Below are positions 1 to 8,180 of a stretch of DNA of 61,421 bases, piece by piece. The stretch lies in contig RFNV01000191.1 in the NCBI GenBank assembly GCA_009927005.1, forward strand, positions 1-61,421, read 5' to 3'. A model generated the notes under the pieces. It saw only the letters and a list, made by a program, of their open reading frames with translations. It was not told the origin of the DNA and did not search any database. How positions within the stretch are numbered: the first letter of the stretch is position 1; every line of letters begins with the position of its first letter. The DNA comes from Pseudomonadota bacterium. GTDB lineage: Bacteria > Bdellovibrionota > FAC87 > UBA2466. A program made the position numbers and the translations under genes.

Positions 1-40
1 CCGCTGTCAATACTAGAAGCTTTGATGTTTTGGTGTTCAA

Positions 41-745
41 CTATTCAGAGCTCTTTTCCCTTTGAGCTTTTCTTTTCATCAGCTCTTCTGGGTCATTCGT
101 AGCTGGTTTTTTCATTTTCCAGATTTTATAACCATTGGGACCATCTACCCATTCCCCTTCAGCTTTCATATCTTTGGGATTCATACCGTGTTCAACCATA
201 GCTGTTTCCAACTTTTCTCGACAGGTATCTAACTTAGTTTGAAAAGCATCATAACGATCGTTTAAAAGGCTTTTCAATTTTCTTAAGTTAGTGATGCGAG
301 CAGCCAGGTCTTCTTCAGTTACCGCAACAACATTTTTCTCTCGATCTACGTGGTAATTATAGTCGGGATCTTTCTCGGAGATCTTTTCCCATTTCTCCAT
401 GGGTTCGGAAACGCCATTGCCTCCAAGACGAGGATCAGCGAGTCGAGTTCGGCAAGACTTCAGAGCCAAGTAAATGCCTCCGGGATATTTTTTTGATTGG
501 CCGTAAATAGCATTTTCAAGGTCTTCAATTTCTCTTTGAGACTTGGCCAAATCCTCTTCCAAATAAACGGTTTTTTGGATTTTTACGGTGTTGTCCTTAA
601 TTCCCACTTTTTCGTTTTTTGAACCTGTTGAAGAGTTCAGTTTCTCATCCATTGCTGGGGCTTCGTCCAAACTGACTTTAACTTCTTTTTTGGAGCTACA
701 GTGAGTTAGAAACACAATCGGAAGTATCCAAAGTAACCGCTTCAT
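41..745 (-). CDS. Putative lipoprotein, charged/coiled-coil rich, unknown function
   Basis: 234-aa ORF. The N-terminus MKRLLWILPIVFLTHCSS is a signal peptide with a lipobox-like Cys. The rest is K/E-rich helical sequence without catalytic motifs. Confidence 0.55.
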   Translation of the reverse strand: MKRLLWILPIVFLTHCSSKKEVKVSLDEAPAMDEKLNSSTGSKNEKVGIKDNTVKIQKTVYLEEDLAKSQREIEDLENAIYGQSKKYPGGIYLALKSCRTRLADPRLGGNGVSEPMEKWEKISEKDPDYNYHVDREKNVVAVTEEDLAARITNLRKLKSLLNDRYDAFQTKLDTCREKLETAMVEHGMNPKDMKAEGEWVDGPNGYKIWKMKKPATNDPEELMKRKAQREKSSE

Positions 746-784
746 ATTTTCTCCTTTATAGAAACTTGATGGTTTAGTTCTGGT

Positions 785-1312
785 TTAACCCAATTCGAAT
801 TGGTACCCGATCCGAGCCATGATAGACCAGTAATCATCTTTCAGTTCTTGCTTAAACAAAAAATGGTAGCGAGCTTGGAGACCTAATCGAATTTGGTCTG
901 AAACGACCACATCCGCACCCCCGGCAACGTGAAGTCCAAAATAAGTATTCGAAGTAGTCGAATTGATGAAATAGACTCCAGGACCGCCACCTAAGGTGAA
1001 ATCGAAGTCAGAAGTACCGAAGTGGATATTAGCTCCCAAAGTCTGACTATAAATTTTTAGGTCCGTTGCTTTTGTGATTTTTGCTGCAGACGTGTATCCC
1101 GTGTGGGTACTCATCTGGGATTGAAACATGACATCTAGATAAGATTGAGTTCTTATTCCGATGTCTACGCCAAACCCAATGGCATTATCATGGAGGTCTT
1201 TGGTGTTACCCAAAAGTTGCACTTGGCCCCCTTGGACTCCCAAATAAAGACCATCGATTGCAAAAGCTGGAACAATTGAAACAAGACTGAGTAAGAGAAT
1301 GAATTTTTTCAT
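785..1312 (-). CDS. Outer-membrane beta-barrel (OmpW/porin-like) protein
   Basis: Start moved from 1381 to the internal ATG giving MKKFILLLSLVSIVPAFA (signal peptide). The body has an alternating hydrophobic/Gly/aromatic beta-strand pattern to the C-terminus (..RIGYQFELG). Confidence 0.6.
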   Translation of the reverse strand: MKKFILLLSLVSIVPAFAIDGLYLGVQGGQVQLLGNTKDLHDNAIGFGVDIGIRTQSYLDVMFQSQMSTHTGYTSAAKITKATDLKIYSQTLGANIHFGTSDFDFTLGGGPGVYFINSTTSNTYFGLHVAGGADVVVSDQIRLGLQARYHFLFKQELKDDYWSIMARIGYQFELG

Positions 1313-1379
1313 AGTGTTAAATGGTATTGCATAATCGGATAGTTTCAAGAAAATTTTAAGATGTACCGAAAGTCCAAAC

Positions 1380-2288
1380 ATGAAAATCCTATTAAATGCA
1401 TGTGTGGGGCTATTGGTTTTAATTTCACTTTCACGTTGTGCTTATAGCAAGCACTGTTTTGGTAACGGCGTTTGCCGCGTTGTGGAAAATGGACAGGAGC
1501 GTTACGAGGGTTCTCCTGACGAAGTCGCAAAATATTTGAAAGAGCAAGATGCGGAGAAGAAAAAACAGGCGCAGTTGCAGCAAAGGTACAACGAGGCCCC
1601 TAAACGGGGAGAAAATGGGAAAGCAAGAGTCGCAGTCTTTATTCCTAGAGGGACAAATGAAGAACTCGCTAAGCTCTCGGGAAAATACTACGCGATGTTG
1701 AAAAACGCTTTGTCGGGGGATTCTCGAATTGAAGTCATTGATCAAGGTCTTGTTGAGCCTGTTCTTGAGGAAGTCACCCGTCCAAGGTATGGTGCTTCGC
1801 TGAGCGAACAAAAAAGACCAATCTGGTCTCAGGACTATGTAACAGCGCTTCGAAACAAAGGATTTTTTGCTGATATCGTGGTTTTTACTGAACTAAGCCC
1901 GAAGCCATTGGTGGGTTTTTTAGGCGATGGAAAAAATGGCGCCGGTCTTGTCTCGGTCGAGGCAGTTGAATTTAAGAGCCGCCTAACTTCCATTTACCAG
2001 TATCAGATCCATGAATTCCAAACAGTGGGAAAGAGTACTAATTCACTCAGTGCCGCGGGCTTTGACAAAAAAATGAAGTTTTCAGGCGGAACTCTCAATC
2101 TCACACGCAATGTTCAGGATGATGAGCCAGCTATTCAAGCTTTGGCTCACCAAATCAAGGAAAGTGTAAACAAGGTCGTTACACCGGGACTTCCGACGGT
2201 TGCATCAATTGAGGAAATTCAAGGACAAAGAGTGGTCTCTGCTGAGGCTCTCCAGTCGGTTGAAATCTTAAAAAATCTTTTTAAATAA
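1380..2288 (+). CDS. Putative lipoprotein, unknown function (weak LpoB/CsgG-like feel)
   Basis: 302-aa ORF with ATG start. MKILLNACVGLLVLISLSRCAY is a signal/lipobox-like sequence. There is a 1-nt gap to the next ORF. No catalytic motif was recognised. Confidence 0.5.
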   Translation: MKILLNACVGLLVLISLSRCAYSKHCFGNGVCRVVENGQERYEGSPDEVAKYLKEQDAEKKKQAQLQQRYNEAPKRGENGKARVAVFIPRGTNEELAKLSGKYYAMLKNALSGDSRIEVIDQGLVEPVLEEVTRPRYGASLSEQKRPIWSQDYVTALRNKGFFADIVVFTELSPKPLVGFLGDGKNGAGLVSVEAVEFKSRLTSIYQYQIHEFQTVGKSTNSLSAAGFDKKMKFSGGTLNLTRNVQDDEPAIQALAHQIKESVNKVVTPGLPTVASIEEIQGQRVVSAEALQSVEILKNLFK

Positions 2289-2289
2289 T

Positions 2290-2820
2290 ATGAAACACCT
2301 CTTTTTGATTTTGATTTTGGTCTTGTTTGGTAACTGCATTGCTCACGCAGAGGAGCCACCCGAAAACCGCGCATCACGAGGGTATTTTGTTGGCTTGGGA
2401 CCTATGAAGCTCAGTGGACTTAATTCCCCAGATGCCGGTTATTATTTTACAGGCGGCTATGCATTTAATTACGAAAAGACACTCTTAAAACTCAATGCGG
2501 AAGCCATGTTCCGATCAGGAGCCTTGGTTTTGACCGGGGGCATTGGAGCTGCCTATTTTCCGAAAGAGTTGGTTTACAAAGAGCTCAATCCCTTCATTGG
2601 AGCAAATTTTGGGATTGGAACCTCTCGAATTCGCCCCAATGAAACGGGAATAGGGGAATGGACTACCGGATTTGTCTTTGGGCCCGAAATTGGCGTTCAA
2701 TTTTTTAGAAATTCAGATGTCATGCTCGAGGTTTCTGGTAAATGGGCTACTTTTCTTGAATCGGGAAGCTTGGGAACGCCGTCATACACTGTCCTCAAGA
2801 TCAGTCTGTATTTTCTTTAA
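2290..2820 (+). CDS. Small outer-membrane beta-barrel protein
   Basis: 176-aa ORF with signal peptide MKHLFLILILVLFGNCIAHA. It is Gly/aromatic-rich with alternating strands and ends ..KISLYFL (aromatic near the C-terminus). Confidence 0.5.
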   Translation: MKHLFLILILVLFGNCIAHAEEPPENRASRGYFVGLGPMKLSGLNSPDAGYYFTGGYAFNYEKTLLKLNAEAMFRSGALVLTGGIGAAYFPKELVYKELNPFIGANFGIGTSRIRPNETGIGEWTTGFVFGPEIGVQFFRNSDVMLEVSGKWATFLESGSLGTPSYTVLKISLYFL

Positions 2821-2855
2821 AGAAAATTTGGTTTGGGTGCGATACAATTTCGCCC

Positions 2856-4205
2856 ATGTCCAATGTAAAAGAACGTCTCAATTTAACTGCTCATCCAGCT
2901 CGTCTGTATACCAAACTTGAAAATGGCGAAGTCATTTGCCATTTGTCGCCTCGTCAATGTCGAATGAAGCCTGGACAAGCTGGATTTTGTCGGGTCAGAC
3001 AGAATGAAAATGGTGAATTAGTTACTCTCAATTACGGCGTGAGCGTTCAACTCACTCAAGAAATGATCGAAACAGAAGCTGTGGTTCATCACTCTCCCGG
3101 CCAACCCATTTTATCACTTGGAAATATTGGCTGTATGTTGAATTGTGACTTTTGTCACAATTGGCAAACCTCCCAAGTAAGGTTTGTTAAAAAAAAGGAT
3201 ATCCAACGATATACTCCTGAGCAAGTCGTCGAAACGGCTCTTAATCGGGGAATTGGAATTCTGTCTTGGACCTACAATGATCCTGTGGTGTGGCATGAAT
3301 TTGTTTGCGATACTGCTCGTCTCGCTCGCCAGCATGGCCTTCTCAACTTATACAAATCGGCATTCTATATCAGCCCTCAGGCTATCGATGAGCTTCATGA
3401 AGTGATCGACATTTTTAGTCTTTCGTTAAAGTCGATGGATCCGACCTTTTATCGTCGAGTGGCTAAGGGGAGATTAGAGCCTGTTCTGGAGGGGATCAAA
3501 CAGGTTTACTCTTATGGCGATCGCCACTTGGAAATCAGTAATTTGATTGTGACGGGAATGAACGATTCGATGGAGGAAGTCGAAAAAGTAGTTCACTGGA
3601 TGCTAAAAGAACTTGATGAAACGGTTCCCCTGCATTTGGTGCGATTTCATCCTGACTACAAATATACTCATGTCGAACGAACGAGCGTTGAGTTTTTGAA
3701 AAAAGCCCGTCTTCGCGCTCTTGAGATGGGAATCAAGCACTGCTACTTGGGAAATGTCTATGAAGAGCATGAAGGACTCAATACTTCATGTGCACAATGT
3801 GGAAATGTCCTTGTGAAAAGGTTTGGGCTTCAGACCCAGTTAGTGGGAATTAATGAGGCGAAAAAATGCAAGCAATGCAATCGCCCGACGCCACTAAAAT
3901 TTACAAAGCCCCGCACTCAAATACCTACGCCTTCTGCGACAGACCGTTTCGAAAAGAATACTTCTTTCTTGTGGAACCAAGATATCAATGCCTGTCATGT
4001 CATCCTTGAAAACTTAAGTAGTGAAAGCCGTCGAGTCGTTAGCCGACAGCAAGCGGAGAAAGTCATACAATTATCTCCGGGTGAACAGTGGCGATTTATT
4101 TGCTCCAAACAATCAAATGAGGATAAAGGGGTCGAGCTCTTTTACCCAGGCGACGTAGAAGTCAAATTTGTTGAGTTGCTGGACAGGGCGCACTACCCAG
4201 TTTAA
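2856..4205 (+). CDS. Radical SAM enzyme, PflA-like / AmmeMemoRadiSam-type family, with C-terminal zinc-ribbon and extra domain
   Basis: CX3CX2C cluster motif in GNIGCMLNCDFCHNWQTSQ. An N-terminal Cys-rich segment ICHLSPRQCRMKPGQAGFCRVR is typical of this family. CAQC..x22..CKQC follows, then about 110 extra residues. Confidence 0.8.
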   Translation: MSNVKERLNLTAHPARLYTKLENGEVICHLSPRQCRMKPGQAGFCRVRQNENGELVTLNYGVSVQLTQEMIETEAVVHHSPGQPILSLGNIGCMLNCDFCHNWQTSQVRFVKKKDIQRYTPEQVVETALNRGIGILSWTYNDPVVWHEFVCDTARLARQHGLLNLYKSAFYISPQAIDELHEVIDIFSLSLKSMDPTFYRRVAKGRLEPVLEGIKQVYSYGDRHLEISNLIVTGMNDSMEEVEKVVHWMLKELDETVPLHLVRFHPDYKYTHVERTSVEFLKKARLRALEMGIKHCYLGNVYEEHEGLNTSCAQCGNVLVKRFGLQTQLVGINEAKKCKQCNRPTPLKFTKPRTQIPTPSATDRFEKNTSFLWNQDINACHVILENLSSESRRVVSRQQAEKVIQLSPGEQWRFICSKQSNEDKGVELFYPGDVEVKFVELLDRAHYPV

Positions 4206-4208
4206 GAA

Positions 4209-5318
4209 ATGGATCGCATTACTCAAATTCTTCACACTCGAGTAAACATTTCTGGTGCAAAGCCAAATGTGACGCCTCAGTTTCAATGCAGCTCCTTTTT
4301 GGCTGACTCGGATTACTTCTATACACGCAAAGGCAATCCAAATGCATCCGAGTTAGAAGAGGTGCTGCAAGTTCTGGAAGGGTGTCGATTTGCTCGTGTG
4401 GTAACCACGGGAATGAGTGCTATCACCGTCGCCCTAAGACTTCTTAGGCCAGGGGATCACCTCCTAGTAGATAGATTGATCTATGGGTGTACTTACAAGT
4501 TCTTTAAAGACTTCTGTACGCATTATGGAATCGACCTGGATTTTGTCGATGTGACCCATCCCGATTTGAAGCAGGCTTTTAAGCCGAATACTCGAATGGT
4601 TTTTTTTGAAACGCCAACGAACCCGTTCTTAAAAACAATTTCTATCAAAAGAATTCGGGAAGTTGCAGATGAGTTCGGTCCAGGAATTAAAATAGTAGTG
4701 GATAATACTTGGGCGACTCCTTACTTCCAAAAGCCCCTGGAACTCGGAGCAGATCTCTGCGTTTATAGTGCCACCAAGTTCTACTCCGGCCATAGCGACT
4801 GCATGGGGGGAGTTCTTTCTACTAATGACGAGAACCTAGCTGAAACCATCTCTCAGATCCGATTTTACTCTGGGTGTATTTTGGATCCCCATAGCTGTTG
4901 GCTGATTCGAAGGAGTATGCAGACTTTTTCGCTTCGCATGGAAGGGCACCAAACTGTTCTGAGAGAAATGAAAGAATTTTTGCAGGGACAAGAAGAAATC
5001 GAAAAGATCTATCTTCCCGAGATAAATAGCCAGCTTCAAGGGTATGGTTGTATCCTGTTCATCGAGCTAAAGAGACAATTTGAAGACAGAGCCGATGCCT
5101 TTGTGCGGCACTTGAAATTGTTTGAACGAGGCACCTCTATGGCTTCAGTTGTTTCAGCAGTGGCCCAACCTTTTTCCGGGAGCCATCTGTCTCTTTCTTG
5201 CCAGGAAAAAGACGAAATGGGAATTAGTCCCCGGCTGATTCGGCTGTGTTTCGGATTTGAAAAACCTGCTGACTTAAAAGAAGATCTCAAAAATGCGTTT
5301 AGCAAATTACATGAGTGA
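4209..5318 (+). CDS. Cys/Met-metabolism PLP-dependent enzyme (cystathionine gamma-synthase/beta-lyase family, divergent)
   Basis: Family motifs YTRKGNPNASELEE, TTGMSAIT, VVDNTWATP and SATKFYSGHSD (Schiff-base Lys). There is a 3-nt gap after the radical SAM gene. Confidence 0.8.
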   Translation: MDRITQILHTRVNISGAKPNVTPQFQCSSFLADSDYFYTRKGNPNASELEEVLQVLEGCRFARVVTTGMSAITVALRLLRPGDHLLVDRLIYGCTYKFFKDFCTHYGIDLDFVDVTHPDLKQAFKPNTRMVFFETPTNPFLKTISIKRIREVADEFGPGIKIVVDNTWATPYFQKPLELGADLCVYSATKFYSGHSDCMGGVLSTNDENLAETISQIRFYSGCILDPHSCWLIRRSMQTFSLRMEGHQTVLREMKEFLQGQEEIEKIYLPEINSQLQGYGCILFIELKRQFEDRADAFVRHLKLFERGTSMASVVSAVAQPFSGSHLSLSCQEKDEMGISPRLIRLCFGFEKPADLKEDLKNAFSKLHE

Positions 5319-6135
5319 TTCTCAATCCAAAATATGGCGGTGGAGGAATGGACAGCTTCTCTTATTTCCCTTGGTTGAGGCACTTGCATTTTTCGGGTGT
5401 CTGGAAGCTACCGATTGGTGGGCAAAGCTTACCTTTTTATTTATTGCGGCTCTTAGCTTGAATTTTGGTGTGCACATTACTTTTCATGAGTTTGTGCACC
5501 TGTCCGGAAATCGAGATTCGGTTTTAATTAGAATGCTTTCCTACCTTGTCAGTCTTTTTTGCGGAATTCCCTTTGATGGATACCGATGGCACCACTACAC
5601 CCATCATCGGTACAATAATGGGCTTCAAGATTATTCCACCACATGGCAAGTAACACCTACTGGGGAGATGAAAGCACGCAATTGTTGGGCTTATGCTTTG
5701 GGTTGGCCCTCACAGCTTTTGAAGGGAAGGGCAGATCTCATTCACCAATTACAAAACAGTTCCGCCCCCCGATGGATCCAGCAGCGGATTCAGCGCGAGA
5801 AAAGGTTTCTTGGAATAATCTATTTGGCGGTTTTTATCTTTGACTGGCGTATTGGGATTTCCTATTTGGCTCTTACTTATTTAGGATGGGCCTTGGTGAC
5901 ACTTCATAATTATGGACAGCATCTCCCCGTTCTAAAAGAAGGTGCCTATGCTACTTCTTACCAAAAGCGTTGGTACAATCGCCTCTTTTGTAATAATGGA
6001 ATTCACTTTGAACACCATGCGGATCCGGGAGTGATTTGGTATGAATTGGAGCCAAGAATGGATGCCCCTTGGACTGTCGGATTGCCCCATCTGGCCGGCC
6101 CACTCTTCGACCTGAAAAGTGAAGTGAGGTCATGA
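5293..6135 (+). CDS. Membrane fatty-acid-desaturase-family di-iron enzyme (desaturase/hydroxylase)
   Basis: Three His boxes HEFVH, (W)HHYTHH and HFEHH, with hydrophobic segments between them. An alternative ATG at 5311 would give an 8-nt overlap with the upstream stop instead of 26 nt. Confidence 0.75.
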   Translation: MRLANYMSDSQSKIWRWRNGQLLLFPLVEALAFFGCLEATDWWAKLTFLFIAALSLNFGVHITFHEFVHLSGNRDSVLIRMLSYLVSLFCGIPFDGYRWHHYTHHRYNNGLQDYSTTWQVTPTGEMKARNCWAYALGWPSQLLKGRADLIHQLQNSSAPRWIQQRIQREKRFLGIIYLAVFIFDWRIGISYLALTYLGWALVTLHNYGQHLPVLKEGAYATSYQKRWYNRLFCNNGIHFEHHADPGVIWYELEPRMDAPWTVGLPHLAGPLFDLKSEVRS

Positions 6136-7292
6136 CTCGCATCTGTTCGTTCTTCTATTCAGGTCCGACGGCAGAATTGGAGAAACGGCAATTGCTGGGG
6201 CTGCCTCTTTTGGATTTTCACCAATCAGCTCTTCATTCGGTTCAATCGGGAGGAGCTTCACGGAAGTCGGAATGGCAAGTAAAGCTCGGTAAAAACCTTT
6301 TGTTTAATTCGGCAGCTCTGAGGCTAATTGAAAAGGCTTTGCAAACCTATCAAGGAGAGGCTTCTGAAATCGAGCTCTATTTAAAAGTAGATGAGAGCTC
6401 TTACCGACATTTTTATTCGCTCCAATCTCAAGTATCTCCCCAAGAAAGAGTTCTTTCTTTGCCAATCGAAATTCGTCGGGAAAGGGCAGGGAGCCAGGGC
6501 AAAGAAAAAGATAAACTGGTATTGGATCTTCCCTCTCAGAAGTATCCGATTCAATTTCCTGCAAGTTTGTGTGAGGAGAGGGAAGCCCCCGTCCCTCAAG
6601 TGGTCTTAATTCCCTTTGAGAGCGAATTTGACATTTTGTTTGCTAATCAAATTGCCATTTTAAACGGCATAGAAGAAGGGGTTCGCCAGAGCCCCACTAC
6701 TTGGATGCGTTCCCTTTTGAGAAGAACCCCTAAGAAATGGTCTCGTCGAGTAGCGTTGAGCTATCGAAAAATACATCCCACGGCGGAAGTACATCCGACA
6801 GCAGTTGTCGAAGGAAGTATCATTGGTCCAGGCGTTCAAGTCGGGGCCCACTGTGTCGTTCGTTTTAGCAAGCTCGGTGCCGATACAAAACTGTACGATG
6901 GTGCAAAAGTAGAGTTTTCAGTAGTGGGATCTCGATGTTGGTTAATGCACGACTTGGTTTTGTATCGATCCTATGTTGAGGATGATGTCTTTTTAATTCA
7001 CGGTCCTTACCAGTTCTCAGGATTTCAAAATAAGAGCTCAGCTTTTGCTACGATTTTGATGGACTACCGACCGGATAGAAAACCCATTCGAGTTGTGACA
7101 CCAAAGGGACGAAAAGAATATCAGGGCCCCTTTCTTGGGAGTATCCTAAAAGAAGGGGCAAAGACTTTGGGCGGAAGTCTCATCGCCCCGGGATTAATTA
7201 TTCCTGAAGACCTATGGCTTTCAGCTGACTCTCAATTGGTGCATCGCCAGCCTTCCCCGGGAAATGAGCTGATAAACTCCCAGACCAAATAA
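6132..7292 (+). CDS. Hexapeptide-repeat (left-handed beta-helix) protein, nucleotidyl-/acyl-transferase-like, function unknown
   Basis: ATGA start/stop overlap with the upstream gene. The C-terminal half has LbH-type repeats: IHPTAEVHPTAVVEGSIIGPGVQVGAHCVVRFSKLGADTKLYDGAKVEFSVVG. The N-terminal about 200 aa have no motif I recognise. Confidence 0.55.
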   Translation: MTRICSFFYSGPTAELEKRQLLGLPLLDFHQSALHSVQSGGASRKSEWQVKLGKNLLFNSAALRLIEKALQTYQGEASEIELYLKVDESSYRHFYSLQSQVSPQERVLSLPIEIRRERAGSQGKEKDKLVLDLPSQKYPIQFPASLCEEREAPVPQVVLIPFESEFDILFANQIAILNGIEEGVRQSPTTWMRSLLRRTPKKWSRRVALSYRKIHPTAEVHPTAVVEGSIIGPGVQVGAHCVVRFSKLGADTKLYDGAKVEFSVVGSRCWLMHDLVLYRSYVEDDVFLIHGPYQFSGFQNKSSAFATILMDYRPDRKPIRVVTPKGRKEYQGPFLGSILKEGAKTLGGSLIAPGLIIPEDLWLSADSQLVHRQPSPGNELINSQTK

Positions 7293-7877
7293 AATAACCG
7301 ATAAAAATTGGTAGAATCCCAATCCTAAAACGGTTATCGAAATGGGTGCTCGCAAGTATTCCAGGAAAAAACGAAGGACTCCATAACTAGCAAAAAACAG
7401 GAAAAGGAGCCTGTTTTTCATGATTTCTTTTTTCTCTAAAAATGAAAATACGATCCAAAGCCAGAACATGAGGGCAGCTTCAATTAGCTGTGTCGGCAAT
7501 ATGGCTAGCATCAACGCTGTTTCAACTGCAAAAGAATCTGAGGTTTCTTCCTTAATCCCGAGAAGTGTTTTTGTCATTGCGACCGATAAAAAAGAGCCCA
7601 TTAGTCCGCCTAACATTGTCTTGGGAGTAATGAGGTATTTGAAAGCTCTTAATTCAATAACATCCCCAGCGAAAAAAGACGGCAAGGAGCTGCCAATGAG
7701 TGCTCCCAACAAAGCGGAGAATAAAATAGCTTTTCGTTGCTTTTGGTTGAGGTTCCATTGAAGAGAGCGATGAGAAATTAGACGGATTCCCAGAGCTGTT
7801 CCGATTCCGATCCAAAGGACCTGCAGGTAGGGATTCCCGTTTTCCAGTATGAGTTTATAACTGTCTGCAGAAGTCAT
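7221..7877 (-). CDS. Short prolipoprotein diacylglyceryl transferase (Lgt)-family membrane protein, atypical
   Basis: Polytopic 218-aa ORF with Lgt-like YGVLRFFLEYLR (YGxxRFxxExxR), LPTQLIEAAL (HPSQLYE-like) and TMLGGLMG. It lacks the central GRxGNFxNxE signature segment. Confidence 0.45.
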   Translation of the reverse strand: MTSADSYKLILENGNPYLQVLWIGIGTALGIRLISHRSLQWNLNQKQRKAILFSALLGALIGSSLPSFFAGDVIELRAFKYLITPKTMLGGLMGSFLSVAMTKTLLGIKEETSDSFAVETALMLAILPTQLIEAALMFWLWIVFSFLEKKEIMKNRLLFLFFASYGVLRFFLEYLRAPISITVLGLGFYQFLSVILFGLGVYQLISRGRLAMHQLRVS

Positions 7878-8107
7878 GGTTGAGAATTGGGATCATCATT
7901 CTCTGATTTTGATTCTTCGGGTGGCAGCTTCTTTTTCTTCTGATCCTCAGTTAGTAAAAGAATTCCCACAAAAAATAAAATACCTCCCGGAATCAATCCC
8001 AAAACAACCGCTATCCCAGATGTTCCGCGATCAAATAAAAACGACCCGCCACAAAGGAAAATAGCTGATCCCGCAAGTATGAGGTTAAATCCAAAAAAAT
8101 ATTTCAT
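7874..8107 (-). CDS. Small two-TM membrane protein with acidic/K-rich tail
   Basis: 77-aa ORF with two hydrophobic helices. It has a 4-nt overlap with the downstream Lgt-like gene, which suggests coupling. Confidence 0.4.
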   Translation of the reverse strand: MKYFFGFNLILAGSAIFLCGGSFLFDRGTSGIAVVLGLIPGGILFFVGILLLTEDQKKKKLPPEESKSENDDPNSQP

Positions 8108-8180
8108 ATTCAGATTTTAGAGCAATTTTCCGATAAGTAGAAGGAATAGGTTCAATCACAATAACGCAAGTTAATGCAAC

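Noticed and set aside
1431-1811. 126-aa minus-strand ORF, plus similar antisense ORFs at 5036-5389, 7420-7761, 12820-13140, 15598-15900 and 56083-56517
   Set aside because: Each is nested antisense in a longer ORF with clear family motifs or export signals. None has motifs of its own.
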